Positions 19,817 through 28,159 of a stretch of 64,000 bases of DNA are shown here, piece after piece. Below the pieces are notes generated by a model. That model searched no databases and was not told the origin of the DNA. It worked only from the letters and a program-made list of their open reading frames with translations. The stretch is from an uncultured Porphyromonadaceae bacterium (lineage in GTDB: Bacteria > Bacteroidota > Bacteroidia > Bacteroidales > Muribaculaceae). The position numbers and the translations under genes are program-made. Numbering within the stretch: the first letter of the stretch is position 1; every line of letters starts with the position of its first letter. The stretch covers positions 2,111 to 66,110 of the forward strand of contig CAJKRG010000006.1 of NCBI GenBank assembly GCA_905202215.1. Direction: 5' to 3'.

Positions 19817-20337
19817 TTCAGTTCGCTGTGATATATGAAGTCGGCGGCGCGCATTGCGCTGCATATTGTCTGGCTGAGATAGTTGTCGAAGCGGTATTTG
19901 AAGTCGGCGAGGACTTCGGGCACTGCTTCTGTTGGGGCTTCGCGCATGCTTTGGGCGAGGTCGTAGGCTGTCTGGTAGATGTCGGCGAGTTGTTCGGCGA
20001 GCGATACCGCCACGGGTGTGTCGGAATAGCGCATATCGTCGACCAGGGTGTCGAGATATGTGTCGAATTCGCCGAGTACTCCGGCCACGGCGGTGCGGAC
20101 GGAGTCATATTGTTCTTCGTCGAGCTCGTCGATGATGGCGCCGTTATCGGCGCCTTCGGTGCTGTCGCCATAGGGCTTGAGATCGAATGCCGTCATATAG
20201 ATGCGTGGCAGATAGCGGAGCATCTGACAGCACAGATCGCGCGGCTCTTCTTCGGCGCAGCCTTCGAGATATTTACAGTATTCGACAGCCAGCCCCGTAA
20301 GGCTTATGGCAGCCGGTGAAATCGTGGGTTTTGTCAT
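19813..20337 (-). CDS. conserved hypothetical protein (DUF5063-like)
   Basis: 174 aa, no catalytic motifs. It sits between nadD and the aminopeptidase with 4-nt overlaps on both sides. Confidence 0.5.
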   Translation of the reverse strand: MTKPTISPAAISLTGLAVEYCKYLEGCAEEEPRDLCCQMLRYLPRIYMTAFDLKPYGDSTEGADNGAIIDELDEEQYDSVRTAVAGVLGEFDTYLDTLVDDMRYSDTPVAVSLAEQLADIYQTAYDLAQSMREAPTEAVPEVLADFKYRFDNYLSQTICSAMRAADFIYHSELK

Positions 20338-20936
20338 TTTTTCTTGTCTGGGGCCTTGTACAGGCGGTTGTCGACGATGTATTTGTATACTCCCGCGGGC
20401 AGGAAGTAGTTCATGTTGCGTCCGCGGGCTATGGCATCGCGTATGAATGTGCTCGACACATTCATCATCGGAGCATCGACCACTTCAAGGCCGTCGACAT
20501 GTCGCCTGTCGACAGGATAGCCGGGGCGAAGATAGACTATGACGCCGAATTCGTCGAGAATGCGGCGGCTTGCACGCCATTGGTCGAATATGCGCCAGTT
20601 GTCGCTGCCGATTATGAGTTTGAAGCGGTATTCGGGGTAGCGCTCGCGCAGCACGTCGAGGGTGTTGATTGTATATGATGGTTTGGGCAGACTCAGCTCG
20701 ATGTCACAGATGTCGATGGCGGAGGCGCCTTTTACGGCTATATTGAGCATGGCCAGCCGCTTCATGTCGGGTAGGAGGTCGCCCGGTTCCTTGAGCGGAT
20801 TTCGGGGCGAGAGAGTGAGCCATACTTCGTCGACATATCCCCATTGACTCAGATATGAAGCGAGCATCATATGGCCGGCATGCACCGGATTGAACGATCC
20901 GCCGAGTATGCCTATGGTTTTCGTATCTTCAGCCAT
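20334..20936 (-). CDS. nadD: nicotinate-nucleotide adenylyltransferase
   Basis: IGILGGSFNPVHAGHMMLA is the (H/T)xGH nucleotidyltransferase motif. Length ~200 aa. Confidence 0.85.
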   Translation of the reverse strand: MAEDTKTIGILGGSFNPVHAGHMMLASYLSQWGYVDEVWLTLSPRNPLKEPGDLLPDMKRLAMLNIAVKGASAIDICDIELSLPKPSYTINTLDVLRERYPEYRFKLIIGSDNWRIFDQWRASRRILDEFGVIVYLRPGYPVDRRHVDGLEVVDAPMMNVSSTFIRDAIARGRNMNYFLPAGVYKYIVDNRLYKAPDKKK

Positions 20937-21114
20937 TATTTGCTGTTGAGGATGGGTTGAAAGTTTATGAAGTTGAGTTTGGCAAGTAGGAAACTTGTTA
21001 AAGGTGAAGAGTGAATGGTGAAAGGTGAAGATAATAGTGGAGTCGCGAAAGGAGTATTATCTTCACTCAGTCGTAGCCTGATTTTCACTTCGACTTGAGC
21101 TTGCGAAAGTCGGG

Positions 21115-21690
21115 CTATAAACTGATGAAGCCGTCGATGAGATTGCGTGTCTGCTCTATGGCGGTGTCGAGGCGGTCGTTGACCACAATTCTGTCGAATT
21201 CGGGTGCACGACCGAGTTCATAGGCCGCACGGTCTATGCGCACGTCGATGACTTCGGGTGTCTCTGTGCCGCGGAATTCGAGACGTCGGCGCAGTTCGTC
21301 GAGGCTCGGAGGCTGTATGAAGATAGTAAGGGCACCGGCACCGTAGACATCTTTCACGTGGAGAGCACCGTTGACATCAAGATCGAGAATTATGTTGTGG
21401 CCCTCGCCGGTGATTCGATCGACCTCACGGCGCAGTGTGCCGTAGAAGCGGCCGGGATATACTTCCTCATATTCGAGAAACTCGCCTTCCGCTATGGCGT
21501 CGCGGAAGTCTTCTTCGGTCATGAAATAGTAGTTGACACCGTCCTGCTCGCCCTCGCGGGGCGGACGTGTCGTGGCTGATACCGCGAATCCGAGATTAAG
21601 ATCGCAGTCGCCGAGTATGGCATTGATAATCGTAGATTTGCCGCAGCCCGAAGGGGCTGCGACAACTATCACTTTTCCTTTTTTTATCAT
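21115..21690 (-). CDS. gmk: guanylate kinase
   Basis: P-loop VAAPSGCGKSTII and a Gmk-length core (191 aa). Confidence 0.85.
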   Translation of the reverse strand: MIKKGKVIVVAAPSGCGKSTIINAILGDCDLNLGFAVSATTRPPREGEQDGVNYYFMTEEDFRDAIAEGEFLEYEEVYPGRFYGTLRREVDRITGEGHNIILDLDVNGALHVKDVYGAGALTIFIQPPSLDELRRRLEFRGTETPEVIDVRIDRAAYELGRAPEFDRIVVNDRLDTAIEQTRNLIDGFISL

Positions 21691-23222
21691 TGGTGAGCGG
21701 GACGGAGGAGGTCGTTTACGGTTTTGACGGGGTTGAAGGTCGAGGCCGGTACTTCGACGAACACGGTGTTCCAGCGGCTCATGGCGCCGTTCCAGAGGCC
21801 GGGCAGTTCAAGGGCGCGCAGATCGCGGCCGTCGAACGATTTCTCGGATATGAATCCTGTCGCCGGGTCGACATAGTCGGGCAGATGATAGGTCGATCCG
21901 TCGGGGCGGCGCAGATAGCACACGAGGTCTACGGGATTGAAGTGCGTCGCCTTCTTCATCATCTCAACGTTTTCGGGTTTGGTGGTGTCAATCTGGGTCG
22001 ATTCGAGAATCTGGGGAGAGACATATGAGCCGTCTGAGGCATAGGCGTTGTACGGGCCGCCTCCCGGTTCGCCTTCGTTGCGCACCATGCCGCATACGCG
22101 GAGGGGACGGTCGAAAATGGCGAGGATGAAGTCGCGGCGTTCAGCCGGATCGACATCTGCTGCCAGACGGGGCGAACTCATACACAGGATCTGTTCGATA
22201 AAGGCAGTGGCTTCGGCAAGAGTGGCATCGTCGGCGCCTACAGCGAGTTTTTCGCGGAGCTGCTGCATGCGGTCGCGCACCAGCAGGAGCATGCCGCCGA
22301 TGAGTTTTTTATAGCGCAGAGTGTCGGTACGGTGACTGTCGGCTACGACATTGTCGATGTTTTTGATGAAGACGACAGCCGCATTAATGTCGTTAAGATT
22401 CTCTATGAGAGCGCCGTGGCCGCCCGGACGGAAGACGAGTTTGCCCTCTTTGGTCCGGAAGAGTTCGTTGTCGGGTGTGACTGCAATGGTGTCGGTCGAC
22501 GGTTTCTGTTCCGAGAGCGATATGTCGTAGTGTACTCCGAATTTCTGCTCCATGGCAGGCACTGCCTGTGCGAGTTTGGCTTCGAAGAGTTTGCGGTGGT
22601 CGGCCGATACGGTGAAGTGAAGTTTTACAAGGCCTTCTTTTGTCGCGGCGGTCTGGGCACCTTCGGCAAGCTGTTCTTCGAGGGCCGTGCGTGTGCAGCC
22701 GTCTTCGTATTTATGGAACGTCAGGAGCGCTTTTGGAAGCGCGCCGTAGTTGAGGCCGTCGGGAAGTATGATGGCACCGACGAGTTCTTTGAAGCGGCCT
22801 TCGGCTGCGAGTTCGTTGGGAGTCTTGCCATAGAGACGTATGGTCGCGGCTTCCAGTTCCTTGTAGAAAGCGAAATCACCGATGTGCTCTACGAGCTGGG
22901 CCACCGGGCTACCTTCTGCAGGCACGCTCTCGGCGCCGTTGACGAAAGCGAACAGGGCTTTGAACATGCGCGAGGCCGCACCCGAAGCAGGCACGAATTT
23001 GAGAACGTCGCCGCCGTCGGCAAGAAAATCGTTCCAGCGGGCGAGGCAGGCGGCTTCGAGATCGGCGTCGACGGGCGTGATGCCATGTCCGACAGACGAA
23101 GGGGAGTCGATTTTGAGATAGGGGAAACCGGTGCGGAAGCTTTCGAGTTGGGCTTCTACGCGTTCTTGGCTGATGCCCTTGGCTTTAAGCTGTTCAAGGT
23201 CGGCCTGTGTGAATGTTGCCAT
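21687..23222 (-). CDS. conserved uncharacterised protein (DUF4301-like), translationally coupled to gmk
   Basis: 511 aa, no TM segment or signal peptide. The family assignment is from memory and not verified. It overlaps gmk by 4 nt. Confidence 0.5.
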   Translation of the reverse strand: MATFTQADLEQLKAKGISQERVEAQLESFRTGFPYLKIDSPSSVGHGITPVDADLEAACLARWNDFLADGGDVLKFVPASGAASRMFKALFAFVNGAESVPAEGSPVAQLVEHIGDFAFYKELEAATIRLYGKTPNELAAEGRFKELVGAIILPDGLNYGALPKALLTFHKYEDGCTRTALEEQLAEGAQTAATKEGLVKLHFTVSADHRKLFEAKLAQAVPAMEQKFGVHYDISLSEQKPSTDTIAVTPDNELFRTKEGKLVFRPGGHGALIENLNDINAAVVFIKNIDNVVADSHRTDTLRYKKLIGGMLLLVRDRMQQLREKLAVGADDATLAEATAFIEQILCMSSPRLAADVDPAERRDFILAIFDRPLRVCGMVRNEGEPGGGPYNAYASDGSYVSPQILESTQIDTTKPENVEMMKKATHFNPVDLVCYLRRPDGSTYHLPDYVDPATGFISEKSFDGRDLRALELPGLWNGAMSRWNTVFVEVPASTFNPVKTVNDLLRPAHQ

Positions 23223-23299
23223 TTTATATAGAGTGTTAGTATTTTAGGCAAAAAAACTATTACAAAGCCAAAAATACGAAAAAACACCGATTCCGCAAA

Positions 23300-24841
23300 C
23301 TATTTCAGTCTTATTTCTGTGATCCGCCAGTTGCTTCCCGTATACTCTTGGAAATCGACAGTTTCGGTGTCGGCCGGAATAGGCTCGAATGTAAGGCTGA
23401 AGGAACCTTCTCCATTTTTGTCGGCAGTAAACTCTTCGCCGGGAGTGATTCCATGGCTGCCGGTCAGCTTATATTGCTTGCCGGCAGAATCTGCAAGGAA
23501 TGCCCGCGGATCTATTTTGATCCACCAGCCCGGTATGTACCGCACCTTGAAAGATATGGTTGTGCCTTCCGGTGTCTGTTCAATACGTTCGATATCGAGT
23601 ACGAAATCGGTGGTGTTGGTTATGTATTCAGGCCTGACAATTGTGCGGGTGCCGGCTGTTTCGGAGATGCTCTTTTGACCTTTTGAATCGGTATGGAAAC
23701 GGATCATGCGGTCGAATATACCTTTGCTGTAACCGAGGAACCGGTCTGTGACGATGCCTTCGGGCGACACAAGCACAAACGTAGGCATTCCCTCGGCTCC
23801 GAAATTACGGTATAGGCCCAGATCTTCCTTGCCTTCGTTCCAGTTGTTGCCTTCGAGGCTGTAGCTCGCGCTTGCCTCACGCCACATCTCATCGCTATCC
23901 AGCGAAAGACTGATGACCTCGGCGATATCGGCATATTTATTTGCGAATTCGTGCAGTTCGGGAATAGCCATTACACACGCGTAGCAGCCACGGCTCCAGA
24001 AATCGAGGAGCAGCCATTTGCCGCGAAAATCGGCAAGATGATGCACATTGCCGGCGAGATCGTAGAATGTTCCGTCAGGCACGGTGTCGCCTCTCTGCGC
24101 TGTTTTCGGAGGATAGAGCAGGATTTCTATCTTTTTCCCGGCCTCCGATGTTTTCACGCTTTCGTCGAGACTGTTGAAAAGTGATTTCAGTTCATCAGTA
24201 TACGAATCGGGATATTTTTGATAAAACTCATGGCTACGGGCCAGTTGCTCTGCTTTGGCAAGCCACGAAGCGTTGACCGGCAGTTTCCGGAGCAAGGCAA
24301 TGTCACGGCGGTAGATTGCTATCATGATTGAGTCGCCTATATAGTCATTGTCTCTATAAGCTTTGCGCACGCCCTCGCGTGATTCAGTATCGGTCGCCGC
24401 TGTCATTGCCTGGATATAGTCGGTTTCGCGTTTCTGATATTGATCCCACAGCTTCTTGCTGTTTGTCAGGAAGCGGTCGTATTCGGCCTGTTCCGGCACG
24501 GCGCTGCGCACAGGCCATGTAAATATATTATAATCTGAGGCCTCGACTTCGACCTCGGCTCCGGGTCGCAGATATATCGTGCGATCCATCGAGGGAACCT
24601 GGGGAGCGTTCACGCCGAGGGCCGTTTTCATCAGTCCGCTGTCGACAGGCACGACGAGCCTGAAAAAACCATTGATTACGGTATCTCTCGCTATGCTTGT
24701 TCCGGCCTGCCCGAGCATTTGGAACAATATGACTTCCGTGCTGTCGGGAAGAGCGCCGCAGTGCCCTGTAATCACGGCATTTTCCGCATTGCCGCACATC
24801 GCTGCAGCTAAAGCAGCACCGACAATAAATCCTTTTTTCAT
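23300..24841 (-). CDS. TlpA-like thiol-disulfide oxidoreductase with N- and C-terminal extra domains
   Basis: Signal peptide and a thioredoxin-fold CxxC motif (FWSRGCYACVMAIPEL). At 513 aa it is much longer than canonical TlpA. Confidence 0.65.
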   Translation of the reverse strand: MKKGFIVGAALAAAMCGNAENAVITGHCGALPDSTEVILFQMLGQAGTSIARDTVINGFFRLVVPVDSGLMKTALGVNAPQVPSMDRTIYLRPGAEVEVEASDYNIFTWPVRSAVPEQAEYDRFLTNSKKLWDQYQKRETDYIQAMTAATDTESREGVRKAYRDNDYIGDSIMIAIYRRDIALLRKLPVNASWLAKAEQLARSHEFYQKYPDSYTDELKSLFNSLDESVKTSEAGKKIEILLYPPKTAQRGDTVPDGTFYDLAGNVHHLADFRGKWLLLDFWSRGCYACVMAIPELHEFANKYADIAEVISLSLDSDEMWREASASYSLEGNNWNEGKEDLGLYRNFGAEGMPTFVLVSPEGIVTDRFLGYSKGIFDRMIRFHTDSKGQKSISETAGTRTIVRPEYITNTTDFVLDIERIEQTPEGTTISFKVRYIPGWWIKIDPRAFLADSAGKQYKLTGSHGITPGEEFTADKNGEGSFSLTFEPIPADTETVDFQEYTGSNWRITEIRLK

Positions 24842-24934
24842 GGCTATAACTGATGATTTAGTTTCACTCGCAAAAGTACAAATAAAACCGAATCCTTAAA
24901 AAATAAATGCACGATTAAACATGTATTTCGCAAG

Positions 24935-24967
24935 AAAAAAGCCGCAGACACATTGCAGTTCTGCGGC
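24935..24967 (-). terminator. rho-independent terminator downstream of guaA
   Basis: Hairpin GCCGCAG...CTGCGGC. On the minus strand it is followed by a U-run (the A6 tract at 24934-24940 on the plus strand). Confidence 0.55.
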
Positions 24968-25016
24968 CCGGAAATTCATGATTTGGTGAATGGTTACCTT
25001 CGGTCTGAAGCGGGAG

Positions 25017-26552
25017 TTACTCCCATTCGATTGTGGATGGGGGTTTTGAGGAGATGTCGTAGCATACGCGGTTGACGCCGCGTACTTTGTTTATGATTTC
25101 GTTGCTTACTTTGGCGAGGAATTCATATGGGAGGTGTGCCCAGTCTGCGGTCATTGCGTCGGTAGATGTGACGGCGCGGAGGGCTACGGCGCGTTCGTAG
25201 GTGCGTTCGTCGCCCATTACGCCTACGCTCTGAACGGGCAGAAGGATTACGCCTGCCTGCCATACCTGATCATAGAGGCCAGCGTCGCGCAGACCCTGGA
25301 TAAAGATATGGTCGGCGTTCTGGAGCACGGTCACTTTTTCGCGGGTCACTTCGCCGAGAATACGCACGGCGAGGCCGGGGCCGGGGAAGGGATGACGCTT
25401 GATCAGAAGTTCGGGCATACCGAGTTCGCGGCCTACGGCGCGCACTTCATCTTTGAAAAGGAGGCGCAGCGGCTCGCAAAGTTTGAGATTCATTCGCTCT
25501 GGGAGGCCGCCGACGTTGTGATGGCTTTTTATGACGGTGCCGGTGATAGACAGCGATTCTATGCAGTCGGGATAGATGGTGCCTTGGGCAAGCCATTTGG
25601 CATCGGTGATTTTATGAGCTTCTGCATCGAAGACCTCGATGAAGTCGGCGCCGATGATTTTGCGCTTGCGTTCGGGGTCGGTGACACCGGCAAGGTCGGC
25701 GAAGAATTTATCGGAAGCGTCGACGCCGATAACGTTGAGGCCGAGGCACTGGTAGTCGCGGAGAACGTCGGCGAACTCATTCTTGCGGAGCATGCCGTGG
25801 TCGACGAAGATACAGGTCAGACGGTCGCCGATGGCTTTGTTGAGCAGAACGGCTGCCACGGAGGAGTCTACGCCGCCGCTGAGGCCGAGTATCACACGGT
25901 CGTTGCCGAGCTGTTGTTTGAGTGCGGCGACTGTGGTTTCGATAAACGAGGCCGCGCTCCAAGAGCGCGAAGCGCCGCAGATGCCAACGCAGAAGTTCTC
26001 GAGCAGCTGCATGCCGCAGGTGCTGTGGAATACTTCGGGGTGAAACTGCACTCCCCACAGACGCATTTCGGCAGGTGCCTGGAAGGCAGCGAAACGAACA
26101 TCGTCGGTCGAGGCGACAGTGGTGAAACCTTCGGGAATGGCAGTGATGGTGTCGCCATGGCTCATCCATACCTGTGCTCCAGGTTCAATTCCTTTGAAGA
26201 GGGGGCAGGCGGGGTCTATCTGAGCAAGGTTGGCGCGTCCGTATTCGCGCGAAGGCGCCGGTTCTACTTTTCCGCCGAATTCCTGAGCCGTGAGCTGAGC
26301 TCCGTAGCAGATACCAAGCACCGGCAGACGGCCGACGAGTTCGTGGAGGTCGAGTTTGAACGCACCTTCATCGTAAACAGAAAGAGGGCTTCCCGATAGG
26401 ATTACGCCGATAATGCCTTCTTCAGCTTCGCGGCCGAATGGAAATTTGTTGTAGGGGATGATTTCGCTGTAAATCGACAGTTCGCGCACGCGGCGACCAA
26501 TCAACTGGGTTGTCTGCGAGCCGAAGTCGAGGATAACAATTTTCTCCGTCAT
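25017..26552 (-). CDS. guaA: GMP synthase [glutamine-hydrolysing]
   Basis: An N-terminal class I glutamine amidotransferase domain and an ATP-pyrophosphatase SGGVDSSV motif. The true start is [13 protein letters not shown] at 26550-26552. The ORF-track 33-aa N-terminal extension is spurious. Confidence 0.9.
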   Translation of the reverse strand: MTEKIVILDFGSQTTQLIGRRVRELSIYSEIIPYNKFPFGREAEEGIIGVILSGSPLSVYDEGAFKLDLHELVGRLPVLGICYGAQLTAQEFGGKVEPAPSREYGRANLAQIDPACPLFKGIEPGAQVWMSHGDTITAIPEGFTTVASTDDVRFAAFQAPAEMRLWGVQFHPEVFHSTCGMQLLENFCVGICGASRSWSAASFIETTVAALKQQLGNDRVILGLSGGVDSSVAAVLLNKAIGDRLTCIFVDHGMLRKNEFADVLRDYQCLGLNVIGVDASDKFFADLAGVTDPERKRKIIGADFIEVFDAEAHKITDAKWLAQGTIYPDCIESLSITGTVIKSHHNVGGLPERMNLKLCEPLRLLFKDEVRAVGRELGMPELLIKRHPFPGPGLAVRILGEVTREKVTVLQNADHIFIQGLRDAGLYDQVWQAGVILLPVQSVGVMGDERTYERAVALRAVTSTDAMTADWAHLPYEFLAKVSNEIINKVRGVNRVCYDISSKPPSTIEWE

Positions 26553-26707
26553 AAAAAATATGTGTTTTGCTGTGCAAAAATACTGAAAAATCGCGACATA
26601 TCGTGTATTGACCGCTCTCGTATGACAATAAAATGTATAGCAAAGTGCCAAAATGGTATAAACAGACAGAAATTTGAGTAATCGTTAGATTGGACAATAA
26701 TAAATTA

Positions 26708-26715
26708 GTACTTTT
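26708..26715 (+). promoter_or_regulatory. -7 box TACTTTTG upstream of the SGNH hydrolase gene
   Basis: Matches the TAnnTTTG consensus and lies 20 nt upstream of the ATG at 26736. The GH5 gene promoter carries the identical extended motif TACTTTTGCAG. Confidence 0.4.
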
Positions 26716-26735
26716 GCAGTACCTAAAACAAACAG

Positions 26736-27833
26736 ATGATGAAAAATCGCATTATTTCTTTATTATCAGTGGCTATCATAGCGTGTTCTACGGTCTTTGC
26801 CGCTGAAGGCGATGTGCCGGTTGAATGGCACAATCTTAAATCTTACCCACTGTTGGGCACACTCGCACCGGATGCATCCGTGCCCTATTCGCGTTTCCCC
26901 GATTCGATGAAGGACAGTGTCCGTAAGGAGCTCTGGCCTATCAGCACATGTTCGGCGGGGCTGTCGGTGCGCTTCCGCTCTGATTCGCCTCGTATTCAGC
27001 TGAAATGGAAAAGCAGCGGCGGCGGTGACCTCAACCATATGACCGCGACCGGTGTCCGCGGTCTCGACCTCTATGTGCTGCAGCCCGATTCGACCTGGAC
27101 TACAGTCGGCAGCGGGCGTCCTCTTTCAAAAAACTGGACCACTACAACGGTCATGAAAGACATGGAGCCGGGTGTGGTCCGTGAATATATGCTCTATCTT
27201 TCGCTTTACGACGGTGTGGACAGTCTTTTTGTCGGTGTCGACTCGGCCACGGTGCTCGCCATGCCGGCGGTTGATTTGCCGGTGCGCCGTAAGCCTGTGG
27301 TGATGTATGGCACCAGCATTCTGCAGGGCGGATGCGCCTCGCGCGCCGGTATGGCTCACACAAATATATTGCAGCGAATGCTCAACCGCGAGGTTGTGAA
27401 TCTTGGTTTCAGCGGCAACGCACGCCTCGACCCTGAGGTTGCCGAGTTGATGGCAACATCGGATGCTTCGTGTTTCGTGGTCGACGCTATGCCCAATTGC
27501 ACGCCGGATATGATTGATGAGCGTATGGAGAAATTTCTCGGAATACTGCGTGCCGCTCATCCGACCACACCAATTCTACTGGTCGAGAGTCCGTGGTTCC
27601 CCATAATGCGCTTCAACCGCGAGACCAATACTACCATTCGCGAGAAAAATCGACGTCTGCGTGCTATCTACGACCGTCTGTCGGTTAGCGACAAGAATCT
27701 GCATTATTTCAATGCCGACAATATACTGACAGACCCTGAGGCGACGGTTGACAATTATCACTTTACAGATTACGGCTTCCTTGAATTTGCCAGGGCGTTG
27801 CGTCCGGTTCTGGAACAGTTGATAGAGGAATGA
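26736..27833 (+). CDS. SGNH/GDSL-family hydrolase (esterase) with signal peptide
   Basis: Signal peptide and block I GTSIL(Q)GG with the catalytic Ser (VVMYGTSILQGGCASRAG). An N-terminal beta-sandwich-like region precedes the SGNH fold. Confidence 0.65.
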   Translation: MMKNRIISLLSVAIIACSTVFAAEGDVPVEWHNLKSYPLLGTLAPDASVPYSRFPDSMKDSVRKELWPISTCSAGLSVRFRSDSPRIQLKWKSSGGGDLNHMTATGVRGLDLYVLQPDSTWTTVGSGRPLSKNWTTTTVMKDMEPGVVREYMLYLSLYDGVDSLFVGVDSATVLAMPAVDLPVRRKPVVMYGTSILQGGCASRAGMAHTNILQRMLNREVVNLGFSGNARLDPEVAELMATSDASCFVVDAMPNCTPDMIDERMEKFLGILRAAHPTTPILLVESPWFPIMRFNRETNTTIREKNRRLRAIYDRLSVSDKNLHYFNADNILTDPEATVDNYHFTDYGFLEFARALRPVLEQLIEE

Positions 27834-28015
27834 TTCGTAGAATACTGTCGAATGTCGTTCTCGTCGCCGTTCCGGCGATGTGGCTCTGTGTGTTTTGTCG
27901 AATCGACGGCGGATTATCGTTTTCCGGCTTGATAATGACCGCATTTCTTGCGGCAATATCATATCTGATAATATATCTGTTGTTTGTAATCGTGTCAAGG
28001 CTTGAGAGCCTCTGA
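27830..28015 (+). CDS. possible small two-TM membrane protein (61 aa)
   Basis: ATGA overlap with the SGNH gene stop. It has two hydrophobic helices and is followed by a strong terminator. No homology was recognised, so it could be spurious. Confidence 0.25.
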   Translation: MIRRILSNVVLVAVPAMWLCVFCRIDGGLSFSGLIMTAFLAAISYLIIYLLFVIVSRLESL

Positions 28016-28102
28016 TAGATCCACCGGACCGTAAACCAAGGAAATTACCTCTCTGGTATCGGGTTTTGTCGAAAATATTCCGGTGATTTTTTAGTGAAAT
28101 AT

Positions 28103-28145
28103 AAAAAACGCGCTTCCACATGCTACTGCGGAAGCGCGTTTTTTT
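28103..28145. terminator. bidirectional rho-independent terminator between convergent genes
   Basis: A6 tract, stem CGCGCTTCC/GGAAGCGCG, T7 tract. It serves the plus-strand SGNH/small ORF unit and the minus-strand PBP1A gene. Confidence 0.7.
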
Positions 28146-28159
28146 GCCGGTATTATGTA

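Noticed and set aside
22332-23231. 299-aa plus-strand ORF
   Set aside because: Shadow ORF antisense to the DUF4301-like gene. It is Gly/Val/Phe-rich low-complexity translation.
25134-26399. 421-aa plus-strand ORF
   Set aside because: Antisense to guaA, which has unmistakable GMP synthase motifs. A GC-biased third position produces long shadow ORFs.
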